32,000 nucleotides of DNA from contig NW_008806283.1 in NCBI RefSeq assembly GCF_000400465.1, positions 300,001 to 332,000 on the forward strand. The letters run 5' to 3'. Positions 1-10,589 of the stretch are shown piece after piece. Numbering within the stretch: position 1 is the first letter of the stretch; the number at the start of each line of letters is the position of its first letter. The notes beneath the pieces were generated by a model. It saw nothing but the letters and a program-made list of their open reading frames with translations. It was not told the DNA's origin and made no database searches. Source of the stretch: Wallemia ichthyophaga EXF-994. Lineage: Eukaryota > Fungi > Basidiomycota. The position numbers and the translations under genes are program-made.

Positions 1-538
1 AAAAGACAGAGTCAACGTGGGACATGTCAATTTGGCGGGTGAGTTCGACGGCAGCAGTACCCTGGCCGGCGATGATGTAAGGATGGTCATAAGGAGGGAC
101 GTAGGTGAGGTGGAGGTCGTGCGCGAGCCTGAAACATTCGGCTTTTGCATCATCAAAAGAGTCGCCGTGGAGGATGACCTTGGCGCCAAGCCTGTCGACG
201 TTCTTCCACTTGATGGATGGAGTGTTCTTGGGCATGAGGATGGTGCAGGGGATATCAAGGTGTGAGCCAGCGAGAGCAACGCCCTGGGCGTGGTTTCCAG
301 CAGAGCAAGTTATGACGCCTCTCCACCGATCCTGTGTGGGGATGTGGGCCATGAAGTTGTACGCGCCTCTGCATTTGAAAGAGAAGACAGGGTGGAGGTC
401 TTCTCGCTTGAGGTGGATGTTGCAGCCGAGGCGATTTGAGAGGTTAGACGCCTTTGTGAGTGGCGTCTGCTGTAGAATATCATAGACCCGCGCATTTAAT
501 ATCAATTTCAAATAATCCGTCTCCTGCGTGCCCGACAT
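1..538 (-). CDS. ILV1: Threonine dehydratase (PLP-dependent), 5' part; runs off the window start
   Basis: Manual minus-strand translation from ATG 538 gives [27 protein letters not shown]...[19 protein letters not shown]...[11 protein letters not shown]...IIAGQGT. This includes the PLP-lysine motif (FSFKxRGA) and SAGNHAQG. It is missing from the ORF track because it has no stop inside the window. Confidence 0.93.
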   Translation of the reverse strand, partial: MSGTQETDYLKLILNARVYDILQQTPLTKASNLSNRLGCNIHLKREDLHPVFSFKCRGAYNFMAHIPTQDRWRGVITCSAGNHAQGVALAGSHLDIPCTILMPKNTPSIKWKNVDRLGAKVILHGDSFDDAKAECFRLAHDLHLTYVPPYDHPYIIAGQGTAAVELTRQIDMSHVDSVF

Positions 539-599
539 GAATATTTTCTTTTTTGGTGGAAATTTAACCGTCGATAACGCTTGGAGGAAACCAACGACG

Positions 600-1900
600 A
601 TGGCTGAAAAATTCCAAGTACCAAACGTTTCAATTAAGGAGTTGCTGGGTGCCATTCCGTGGGTTTCTCGTGGTCGCTGTATCCCCGCTAACACAGCCAC
701 TCCAGCCCAGAATGTTTCCACCGCTCCGCGTTCAAGTCATCGCTATACGTCGTCCAAGACGTAATACTCTCAGCCATCCTCATCAAAGGCAGTTTCTATA
801 TACCAATGATATCCCAAATGACTGACAGCCACTCACTCTCTCTTTTCATTTCTGCCTCGCTCTGGTCCCTCTTTTGGTTCGCTTTGGGCCTCGTTTGGAC
901 TGGTTTGTGGGTCATTGCCCATGAATGCGGCCATCAAGCCTACTCCTCCCGCAAATCCATCAACAACTCTGTCGGTTTCGTCCTCCACTCCCTCCTCCTT
1001 GTCCCGTACCACAGCTGGAGAATTAGCCATGGAAAACACCACGCTGCCACCGGTCACATGTCTAGAGACCAGGTCTTTGTCCCTAAAACACGTGCTCAGA
1101 GAAATGGCCCTAAGCTCGACTATGAAGATGCTGATGAGAAAATTCTCACCGGTGTCGACATGCCTGAAGAAGAGCAGTTGAAGGTTTCTGAACTCCTCGA
1201 GGACGCTCCACTCGCCGTCTTTGTCAACCTCCTCCTCCAGCAGCTCATCGGCTGGCCAATGTACCTGGTTAGAAACGCTTCTGGTCAAAAGCACTATCCA
1301 AGAGGCACCAACCACTTCAACCCATCGTCTGCAATCTTTGACTCGCGTCATTTCTCCCAGATCATCGCTTCTGATTTGGGTATTGGCTTGGTTCTCGGCG
1401 GTCTCTACTATTGGGGTACACAGAGAGGTTTCACTGAGGTGGTCTCTTACTACCTCATTCCTTATCTCTGGGTAAACAACTGGCTTGTTTCCATCACTTT
1501 CCTCCAACACACTGACCCTGCTCTGCCTCACTACAGAGAGGGTATGTGGAACTTCCAAAGAGGTGCTCTCTGTACCATTGATCGCGTGTTCCTTGGACCT
1601 ATTGGTGCATACATCTTGCACGGTATCTGTGAAACTCACGTCGCTCACCACGTCTCATCAAAGATTCCACACTACAACGCATGGAAGGCAACTGATGCTT
1701 TAAAGGAGTACCTTGGACCACACTACCACTACTCAGACGACAACTTTATTGTGGCATTATACAAATCATACCGCGATTGCGTCTTTGTTGAAGATAAGGG
1801 TGATATTGTCTTTTACAAGGATGCTAGGGGTAGAGCTAGTCGTGTACCTGCAACGGATTCCAAGCAAGGATTCTCTGATTCTGGTATCGAATTGCAGTAA
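600..1900 (+). CDS. FAD2: Delta-12 (omega-6) fatty acid desaturase, 2 exons (600-658, 706-1900)
   Basis: Three His boxes: HECGH, HGKHH, HVAHH. Exon 1 is [20 protein letters not shown]. Intron 659-705 (GTGGGT...GCTAAC...CAG, 47 nt) restores the family motif AIPPECFHRS and joins ORF 806..1900 in frame. Confidence 0.93.
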
Positions 1901-2240
1901 CTTTTTATTTCTCTGTCTTTTATTGGGTTTTGATGAATGATTTGTAAAGTTTTTGGTTTTATCTTATAAAAAAAAGTACACAATTGGTGTTTGTTGGTTA
2001 TGAGGAGTGTATAGCATAGGGTTTAAGAAGGTTGGCAAGTGTACATATCACATCTGCATAATAAGCCCATCCTGATAGAATTTCCAGGGTATGAAAAGTA
2101 CATGAATCTAGTCGTAAAAATCCAACCGATTGTATTATACATGTAACATGTTTTTCACTCCACCGTACGCCGATTTTTTGGGAGTTGAAATTATCAACTC
2201 GAATCGTATCATTCGCCTACCAATAAGATAATAGAGGATA

Positions 2241-3102
2241 ATGGGACAGAGTGGGAGCGTAGAATCACAGCCGAAGAGCACGCCAAAGAATATTCCAGCA
2301 GGATGTCCAATGCATGAGGCAGGAGCACAACCAGGAGTACAACCAGAGCCAGAAGCGAAAGAAGCACCAAGCAAAAAGTCAGAATGCCCAGTAAATCCAC
2401 AGAACAACATGCCACACCTCTCGCAGACACCGCTGTCGGCGCACCAATCAACAGCTCTACCCACAGATAGATCTACATCGAGTATTCCTCGCCCAGAGAA
2501 CACCAATAACCCCGAAGAGTATGGCAGGGGAAAGCACTGGGAGTATCCATCTCCACAGCAGTTCTACAATGCGCTAGTGAGGAAAGGGTGGGAGACGCCT
2601 GAGGAGTCTGTCGAGGACATGGTAGCCATCCACAATTTCCTCAATGAGGAGGCGTGGGTGGAAATAAACAAGTGGGAGAAACGTGCGGGACACGTGGGGG
2701 ATAAGTTAGTGTGGCAATTAGTATGGATTTCTTATTAACGCCACTCGCAGCGACCAAGACAAAGTACAACTCGCACAATTTTCAGGAAGACCTGGTGACT
2801 ACACGCCTAAAGCGAGATTGCAGATGTTGCTTTCGTCAGTCTTCCCTAACAAGTTCTACAATGAACCACCGTTCGATAGACACGATTGGTTCGTTAGGCG
2901 TAAGAATCAGAGTGAGCTCGTTCGATACGTGATCGACTACTACGGCGCTCCTCCTACGCCTGATGGAATGCCTGTGTTTCATCTAGACGTGCGTCCTGCG
3001 CTGGATTCACCCAGTTCAATCGCAGAACGCGTTAGAGTGGGTACAGCTCGTTGCTGGAGGACAGCCACAGGGATGAGTGTGGACTCGATAAGTGAATTGT
3101 GA
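2241..3102 (+). CDS. CYC3: Holocytochrome c (or c1) synthase / heme lyase, 2 exons (intron 2705-2750)
   Basis: N-terminal CP heme motifs (GCPMH, ECPV), WEYPSPQQFYNALVRKG, MVAIHNFLNEEAW and PPFDRHDWFV...RYVIDYY...LDVRPALD. A 46-nt GTTAGT...CAG intron joins the two ORFs in frame. CYC3 versus CYT2 is not resolved. Confidence 0.9.
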
Positions 3103-3203
3103 TTTCAAATTTTATATTTTATTGTTTATGTGGATATGACGTATGTCTGGTGCGGAGGTCGCTCGAACATCAAGACGAGTTTCTTGAACCAGAACGACGA
3201 AGA

Positions 3204-5071
3204 ATGCTGAGTGTGTGCGGTATATCGAGCTTTAATATATTCTAATGTATAACGCCAGATAAACACATCAACGAATCCCCAGAAACTGCAGTCCTCGAAG
3301 CGCTACACGGTCTCTGCAAGCTCAATCCCCAACTTACCCTCGACAAGGAGTCCAAGGCGCTGTACAAGAAGCACTTAGACACCAGCAAAGTATCCCTTAT
3401 TGCTGGTGGCGGTTCTGGTGAGCTTTCTATCCACTTGCGTGTACTGGCTAATGACATCATTTCACGTATACAGGCCACGAACCAACTCACAGCTCATTCG
3501 TCGGCGATGGCATGCTCAATGCCGCCATCCCAGGTACCATATTCGCCTCCCCCAACACGGCTCAGATTCTGCGCGGCATTCAACTCGCGTCTTCTCCACA
3601 AGGCACTCTCGTGATTGTGAAGAACTACACAGGCGATGTCCTCCACTTCGGTCTCGCAAAGGAGAAGTTCGCTGCGCAGAACCCCGAAGCCGCGCGCTTT
3701 ACGCGTTTTATCATGGCCAGTGACGATGTCTCAGTCGGCAGGAAGCAGGCCGGTATTGTCGGACGCAGAGGTCTTGCCGGCGTCACACTCATACACAAGA
3801 TGGCTGGTGCATTCGCTCACAACGGTGCCACTATCGATCAGGTGGAAGACGTGGCCAACTACATCAACGATAACGCAGCTACACTCGGTGCGGGTTTGGA
3901 ACACACACACGTACCTGGCACTGAAGCCTCTAAGGCTTACCTCAAGGATGATGAACTTGAATTGGGAATGGGCATTCACAACGAGCCTGGTTTCACTAAG
4001 ATGTCACCTATCCCACCCGCTTCACAGCTAATTGAAGGTATGGTTGACACACTCACTTCGACTTCCGATCCAGACCGCTCCTATGTAAACTTCCGCAATG
4101 ATGGCTCTGATAGAGTTGTCCTGCTGGTCAACAATCTCGGCGGGTTGTCCGAGCTCGAATTGGCTGGTGCTACAGGACACGCTACGAGTGTCGTGCAGAA
4201 GAGGGGATATAAAGTGGAGAGAGTGCTCAGTGGCACCTTCATCACCTCCCTCAACATGCCTGGTTTCTCCATCACGTTACTGAGACTGCCAGCGGAGGGT
4301 GAAAGCGCACCTGCCAGCACAGCTCAGATGCTTGAGCTGCTGGACAGCCCTGCCAACGCACCTGGCTGGAGATGGCACGCAACCACCCCGCCACGTCTCG
4401 AGAAGGAGTATGTAAACGACTCCCCTACCCATGCAAAACCATCCACCGACACAGCGGCCCCTATCAAGACAGACAACGGGGAAAAGATAATCCGCGCTAT
4501 CAAAGCGGCTGCCGAGAATCTCATAGCGGCCGAACCTGAGATCACGCGCTTGGACACAGTGGCTGGTGATGGCGACTGTGGACTAACGCTCAAGGCAGGT
4601 GCAGACGGAGTCCTCAAGCGTATTTCAAGCGGTGCCATCAGCGGGGACAATGTGGCCAGGTACATACTCGAAGTGAGTGAGGTGGCTGAGACAGATATGG
4701 GCGGGACTAGTGGAGCGCTCTACTCCATCTTCTTCAGCGCATTGGCGGGAGCAGTCAGAGAGCATGAGACGGAGGTGCAGCTGGCATGCAAAGGGGCTTT
4801 GGAAACGCTCTATAAATACACCCGCGCTCGCCCTCCTTCGCGCACTCTGATCGATCCACTCCACGCGTTCATCGACGCGTTTGCGGGTGCCGGCGATGCC
4901 CACAAGGCTATCGAAGCGGCGAAGCAGGCTACCGAGGAGGGTAAGAAGATGGAGGCTAAGGCGGGTAGAGCGGCGTATGTGGGTCAGCAAGGCCTCAAGG
5001 AACAGGCTGTGCCTGATCCAGGAGCAGTGGGAGTGTGCAAGATACTCGAAGGCTTCTTTAGTGTTTATTAA
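3204..5071 (+). CDS. DAK1: Dihydroxyacetone kinase (DhaK-DhaL fusion), 3 exons (introns 3211-3258, 3418-3473)
   Basis: The spliced N-terminus reads MLNKHINESPETAVLEAL...LIAGGGSGHEPTH. Further motifs are VKNYTGD, GRRGLAG, GMGIHNEPG, GDGDCG, MGGTSGALY and RAAY...PDPGA. Confidence 0.95.
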
Positions 5072-5228
5072 GGTGTACATTTATGTGAATATGATATGCT
5101 TTGAGTGCTGTGAACTAGGTTAAAAGACAAGACTCGCATTAGTAATAGCCCCATGTCACACCCGGAATAGCCGAAGTGGATTTCTGCGCGATTGTCTTCT
5201 CTCCACGGATTCCAACAAAACCACAATA

Positions 5229-6392
5229 ATGGCTACAGCAACAGCATTCAATCCAACAGAATCGCCACACAGGAGATACAACCCGCTCAGCGACAGCTGG
5301 GTGCTCGTCTCTCCGCACCGCACCAAGAGGCCATGGCAGGGGCAGGTGGAGGCAGCGAGCAAGCCCGAGCTGCCAGCGTATGATTCACAGTGTTATCTGT
5401 GTCCGGGCAACATGCGCTCGAACGGTGCCAGCAACCCACAATACACGAGCACACACCACTTTGTAAACGACTTCAGCGCAGTCTATCCGCAGGCGGTGGA
5501 TTCTCCACGCGACCCACACCCGCTCATAAAGACAGCGCCCATATCTGGCAAGTGCTACGTCGTCTGTTTCCACCCCGACCACAACCGGACAATAGCGCAA
5601 ATGGACACAGCCGATGTGCTGAGCGTAGTGGACGCGTGGTGCCATCTGTACAGCTCAATCCCGCGCGACGAGCCGAGCGTGAAGTACATACAGATATTCG
5701 AAAACAAGGGCAGCGCAATGGGGTGCTCTAATCCACACCCACACGGGCAAGTGTGGTCTGTGAGCTACATCCCTGAAGAGCCTGCCAAGGCGTTGGCGAT
5801 GCAGGCGCGATACGCGAGAGAAAACAGCAGCACTAGCACACCCTCGCACCTTACACACGCCCCTAACCTCCTCCTCGACTATGCACACTTCGAGCTCGGC
5901 GGCAAGAGAGAGAGGGTGGTAGCACTCAACGAGGACTTTGTCGCTGTCGTCCCATATTGGGCCGTGTGGCCATTCGAGACACTCGTCATGCCCGCCAAGA
6001 AGCACATACCGTCCGTTGCTCACCTCACATGGTTAGAGAAGCAATCGCTCGCTGGTATCCTCCGCGAAGTCGCGTGCAGGTACGACAATATCTTCGACTG
6101 CAGCTTCCCTTACTCGATGGGACTGGTGCAGCAGCCTGTACGCGCTGAGGGTGATGACACCCAAGCATTTGCTCACGCTCAACTTCACATTCACTTCTAT
6201 CCTCCTCTCCTCCGCTCAGCCACAGTGCGCAAATTCTTAGTAGGGTGAGTGGACATACATACAGCTCTCACTCACTCACTTACTCAACACAGCTTCGAAC
6301 TGCTCGGCGAACCTCAGCGTGACCTCACTGCCGAAGGCGCTGCTAAACGCATCCAGGATTCTGACCCAACGTTTCCAAGATGGGCTCAGTAG
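5229..6392 (+). CDS. GAL7: Galactose-1-phosphate uridylyltransferase, 2 exons (intron 6245-6292)
   Basis: HRRYNPL..W.LVSPHRTKRPWQG, CYLCPGN.R and the catalytic GCSNPHPHGQVW. Splicing a 48-nt GTGAGT...CAG intron gives the conserved RKFLVGFELLGEPQRDLTAE. Confidence 0.96.
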
Positions 6393-6435
6393 CGTTTATA
6401 CGCATAGTTGAAATTTGTTTTTGTCAGTTGTTTTA

Positions 6436-7115
6436 AATGGCTTTCTTCACTTTTATCGCACACAATTCCTGCCCTAAAGCACAATGCACACCCCTCATTT
6501 CACGCATCCAGCTCAACGCAGGGACGGGTGCGGTAAGATTTTCAGGGTGCTGTATTCGACCAGCTAATTTAGTATTGGGATGTGAGTGTGAATGTGAATG
6601 TGAGGCACAAGGTAAAATGCATTCTCCTCTCTCTCATACACACGCACACGACGTGAATAGGCTGCTGAGAATGGAGCGGGATCTCTACAAGCAGTTCAAT
6701 GCGGCTGTGGGGTGGGTTGGAATGTGGATAGAGTGGGAGTTGTTCTATTAACGTAGCATCACAGATCATTTCAAAGTGTAAATTAAGACATACGACACGT
6801 ACACTCACGCTCACACTCACACAGCTACTACGAATCCCCACCACTGATCGTATCTTCCTCAGCTATCAATACCACCTCGTCCACCTCCTTAAACTTATCG
6901 CTGCGTATGAGAAAGCAGGACTGCTCAGCGCTCACTTTTTCATCCTCATCAGGCATTCCTTCTTCTTTGTTCACAGTGCTTGCCATAGTCATCCACATAG
7001 CCCAGAGCATCATAAAGCACACCTCAACCAATTCAGGCTTTTGCTTGAAAAGTGCAACCAAAACGGAGTAAACAACTAGTGCTACACTTACACTCTCTTC
7101 TATACCACCTTGCAT
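6436..7115 (-). CDS. Probable small multi-exon hypothetical gene; exon model unresolved
   Basis: ORF 6828..7115 has GNN-rich, D/E/K-rich codons (KFKEVDEVVLIAEEDT). Intron-like segments lie near 6.57-6.64 kb, 6.75-6.82 kb and 7.04-7.09 kb. No family recognised, and splice-like motifs occur on both strands. Confidence 0.3.
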
Positions 7116-7141
7116 GTATTTTTTATATCCGACCTGTCTTT

Positions 7142-8738
7142 TCAATACAAGCCCCACCCAAGCTTCTCAAACACTATCGGCGACACTATCGTACCTACGA
7201 ATCCCATAGCTGCGTATGCCACTACCCGTGTCATCACCTCAGCATCATAGTGACGTCCACTGAACCGTTCTGGCAGTGGCTGCGGCGTCTGTGCTGCATC
7301 CTCCTTCCTCTGTTGCAACTGTCTGAGATCAACGACAGATGGTACAGGATCGAGTTTGTCATTTGAGTTTCTGTAATCAGTGTACTCCCTATAGCTCTCT
7401 TAGCATATCATCTCTTCTCACAAACCACTCTCCACCTACGTCGCAGGCACAAATTCTCTTCGATTCGGCAGTGTAACCACCCTGTGCAGCAGCCTGAACA
7501 TTGGCGGCAGAGACACTTGCATAAACGGCTTGGTGAGTAATCTAGTGAGAAATATCATCCCCACTCCGAGCGGATACTTGAGCAACGAGGCCAGATACCA
7601 CTCCCAGCCTTGCAATTTCGTAACGAAATACGTACTGTGTCCGTATCCGTTGGTATTGGCAAACCACTCTCCTATACCATTTCCAAGGAATACTGATATG
7701 AACGCAACTGAATCTTCGAATGCTGGATTGTCTTCTGCTGGTTCGACGTGTGCATGTATAGCATACAGACCTGTTCTAGTGTTCAGCTTGTGTGGCATAG
7801 CACCAAGGTCCTACGCACACACTACAGTAAGCGAAAGAGGGGTAAACCACGACGTATTACTGATAAACACTTGGTAAGAAGGACCAAAGAGCGACCGCGT
7901 CGTGTAGATTAAATAGCCCGTAATCACTCCACCAATACAATCAAGTGAGGAGTGCATACCCTTTTTAGCCATTAAGTGTTCGTTTACTATCTACTCCACC
8001 CCAAAACTCACACAGTAGAATCTCCCAAAGACCACACTTGAAGTGGCTATAATGAGGAGCAAGTGCAGACCAACCTTGACTGTATCAGACATATCAGACT
8101 CGTCTAGCCATTGCTTCAGTACTAATGCCTGTGCGACAGCCGTGGTGGAATGCGTAGAAGGGAATCCATACTCGAGGTGACTTTGAGTGAATTGAGCTAC
8201 GTCGGCGCGAAAAAGCGACTAAACACACCTAGTTCCCATGCCTGCGATATGCGTAAGTGAGTGGATTTCCATGTCTGCTACCTATTCACTCACTAATCCG
8301 ACTAACGGGAGGAGAGTATGGCCTTGGGACACAACAGAAGTCCTACGAACGATAATTAGACCTTCTATACGAAAAGACACAATATCCTAGTCTTACTTTC
8401 ATCAAGCACGTTATCCATACGCTAGCAGCCAGTGTCTGCAGCAATGCTGTACCTTGTTGTGTGTGTCCCCAGAAAAATGGAATTGGTAGCAAGAGAATAA
8501 AGAAGGTCACAGCCCCGAGAAAGCTTGTCCAGAGCATATATTTGTCAAGCCATTTCCCTCGGTAACGCCGTTGAAATTTGGCCATAAATTCACTCTCCTT
8601 CCTCAGCGATCGCAATAGAAATCTACGGATGGTATATCGCCATTTATGCAAAGTCGTTTTGTAATATTTATCGCTTTGCCGTCCAATCTCTTTAGATTTC
8701 GTGGGTTTCGTGGGTTTCTTCGCCGTGGCGGACGTCAT
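7142..8738 (-). CDS. LCB3: Long-chain base (dihydrosphingosine)-1-phosphate phosphatase, PAP2 family, 7 exons
   Basis: Inferred introns: 8396-8343, 8293-8242, 8228-8181, 8011-7961, 7818-7771, 7439-7389. The spliced product has the PAP2 motifs K-DFCCVPRP, EYGFPSTHS and GRFYCGMHSSLDC..G, and ends PIVFEKLGWGLY. Confidence 0.9.
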
Positions 8739-8846
8739 GAGCAGACGAGTTTCAAATACGCGTGTGTTTTGTGTTTTATGCTTTTATCAAAATGCAATTA
8801 AAATACAATTTTACAAGTTATACATGTCATCACCCACTAAACTCCC

Positions 8847-10489
8847 CTAGACTCCATAATCAATCCAGTTTATAGCATATCCACTTGTTAAACGATGCTT
8901 ATTGGCTGTGATTTGTACATCACCATCCTCATTCTCATTGTCGTTCTCATTTCCGTTCTCACCTTCTTCACCGCTCTGCGCTACTCCTTCCATTGGATGC
9001 AAGTCAATACCTTCCACGGAATCTAAATCTGAATCGACTATTTCGTCGTCATCGTACATTTCAAGATCGTAATCGTGTTCCTTCTTCACATTCCCTTCGC
9101 CGTCTTGATTCTCTTCTTGGTGTCTCACTATTGTACTCGTGTCTTCCTCTTCCTCCTCATCTTGCTCATTTTCCTCCTCGCCCTCCCTTGGCTCACCTTT
9201 CAAATCAGCCAAAACCATAGCATCATCATATCCATCCTCGCTCTCGTCCTCAAAAGCAGCGAGATCCAATCTCGGCCTTTTCACATCCGCGATCGGAGAG
9301 GTACTTTCACGCTTCGTGCGCTTCCTATCTGTATTTGTACCTTCCAGCACTTTCTTTAATAGCGCCTCCTCATACTCCCTATCATACTCCTCAAACTCAT
9401 CTTCCAAGTCTGCATCGTCATCCAACTCTAAAAGCAGATCTTCGTATACTTTGTGATATGAATGCGGTTTTTTTATCAATGGTAGATTCATTGGTAGTAG
9501 TGCGTCTGACTGAAACGTAGAGAATGGATACTGATCCAACATTTTTGCCTGTGTCTCGTGATGCTTGAAATGCATTTTCGAAAGAGGTATCCATTTCTTC
9601 AGATTCCCCGTTGGCGGTGCTTGACTTTCAACGCTGAGCCAACGATCACGCTTCTCGTAGTCAAGAGCCTCTTTTGGTCCTGTACCACGGACCACGGCCA
9701 ATGCGATATCAACGTCCCCAGTGACTACCTCCATCATTTTCTGTATAAAATAGTCAGACTAACTCCTTATCGCTGTATAAAAACGCTCACCTTCTTCGTT
9801 GCGTGTTTTGTTCCCATGAATGCAATTCTTGCCTCCACACCGGCGATAACAAACGCTAAAAGAGGTCTAAGAAACTTCTTAAGAACTTCCTCGACTTTTA
9901 ATTGAAAGTCTTTGTCGATAGACTCGCGATTGATCATCTTCTTGAGTGTTTGTCCAATCAACAAGTCTTTCGAGTTGTGTGGATCAATCACGAGGTTATC
10001 TTCAATTTCCTCCAGACTTAATCCTTTCTTCTTTAAACGGTAACGCCTGTTCTTCTGCGCTGAGCGGAATGCAACGTCTGTGGTAGACGTCGGTGCCAAG
10101 TAGTTGATACAACGAGCGCGTTCATTCGAACTCAAGATCTGCCATTGAATCAGGAATCTATGAAAGACATCCTCAACTGCTTCAAATCGTTCTGAAATTT
10201 CATAACTCATTTCCTGTTCGATTGTGTGTTCATTACTGATACTCTCATAGTCGAGGACATTTATGTATTCCATACACTGTGCCTGTGATTTTGTGCGCAC
10301 GTCAAGCGCTACCAAATCCGCTCTAAACCTCGATCTTCTCGCAACAGCCTTGAAGAATCGTTCCTTCTCAATCCCTGTCCAGAATGCGCCTGTAATCCAA
10401 GAATCTTTGTATTTATCTACCGTCTTCGTTTCTCTTAGCACTTTCCTATATCGTTCAATCTGCTCATCGGTGATATGCAACCCTGCCAT
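8847..10489 (-). CDS. RRN5: RNA polymerase I upstream activating factor subunit Rrn5-like (SANT/Myb-like N-terminus, acidic C-terminus), 2 exons (intron 9790-9741)
   Basis: The segment WTGIEKERFFKAVARRSRFRADLVALDVRTKSQAQCMEYINVL resembles the Rrn5 SANT-like region. A 50-nt GTGAGC...CTGAC...CAG intron joins the two ORFs in frame. Confidence 0.6.
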
Positions 10490-10589
10490 GATCGTGGTCG
10501 CGTTTTGGCAGTAATCGTCTCGCGCAAATGGTATTTTTAATTTCTAAGAAAAAAGCTTATTATGCATACAACAAGATTTTAGTTTATTT

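Noticed and set aside
17-1651. Long opposite-strand or alternative-frame ORFs such as 17..265(+) and 833..1651(-), and similar ones over DAK1, MEC1, PYK and GGC1
   Set aside because: They are antisense or frame shadows of well-supported genes and have no independent motifs.
3204-6392. DAK1 next to GAL7 as a possible sugar-metabolism cluster; CGG-N5-CCG at 5163-5173
   Set aside because: GAL1 and GAL10 are not adjacent, the spacer is not the Gal4 CGG-N11-CCG, and neighbouring genes are functionally unrelated.
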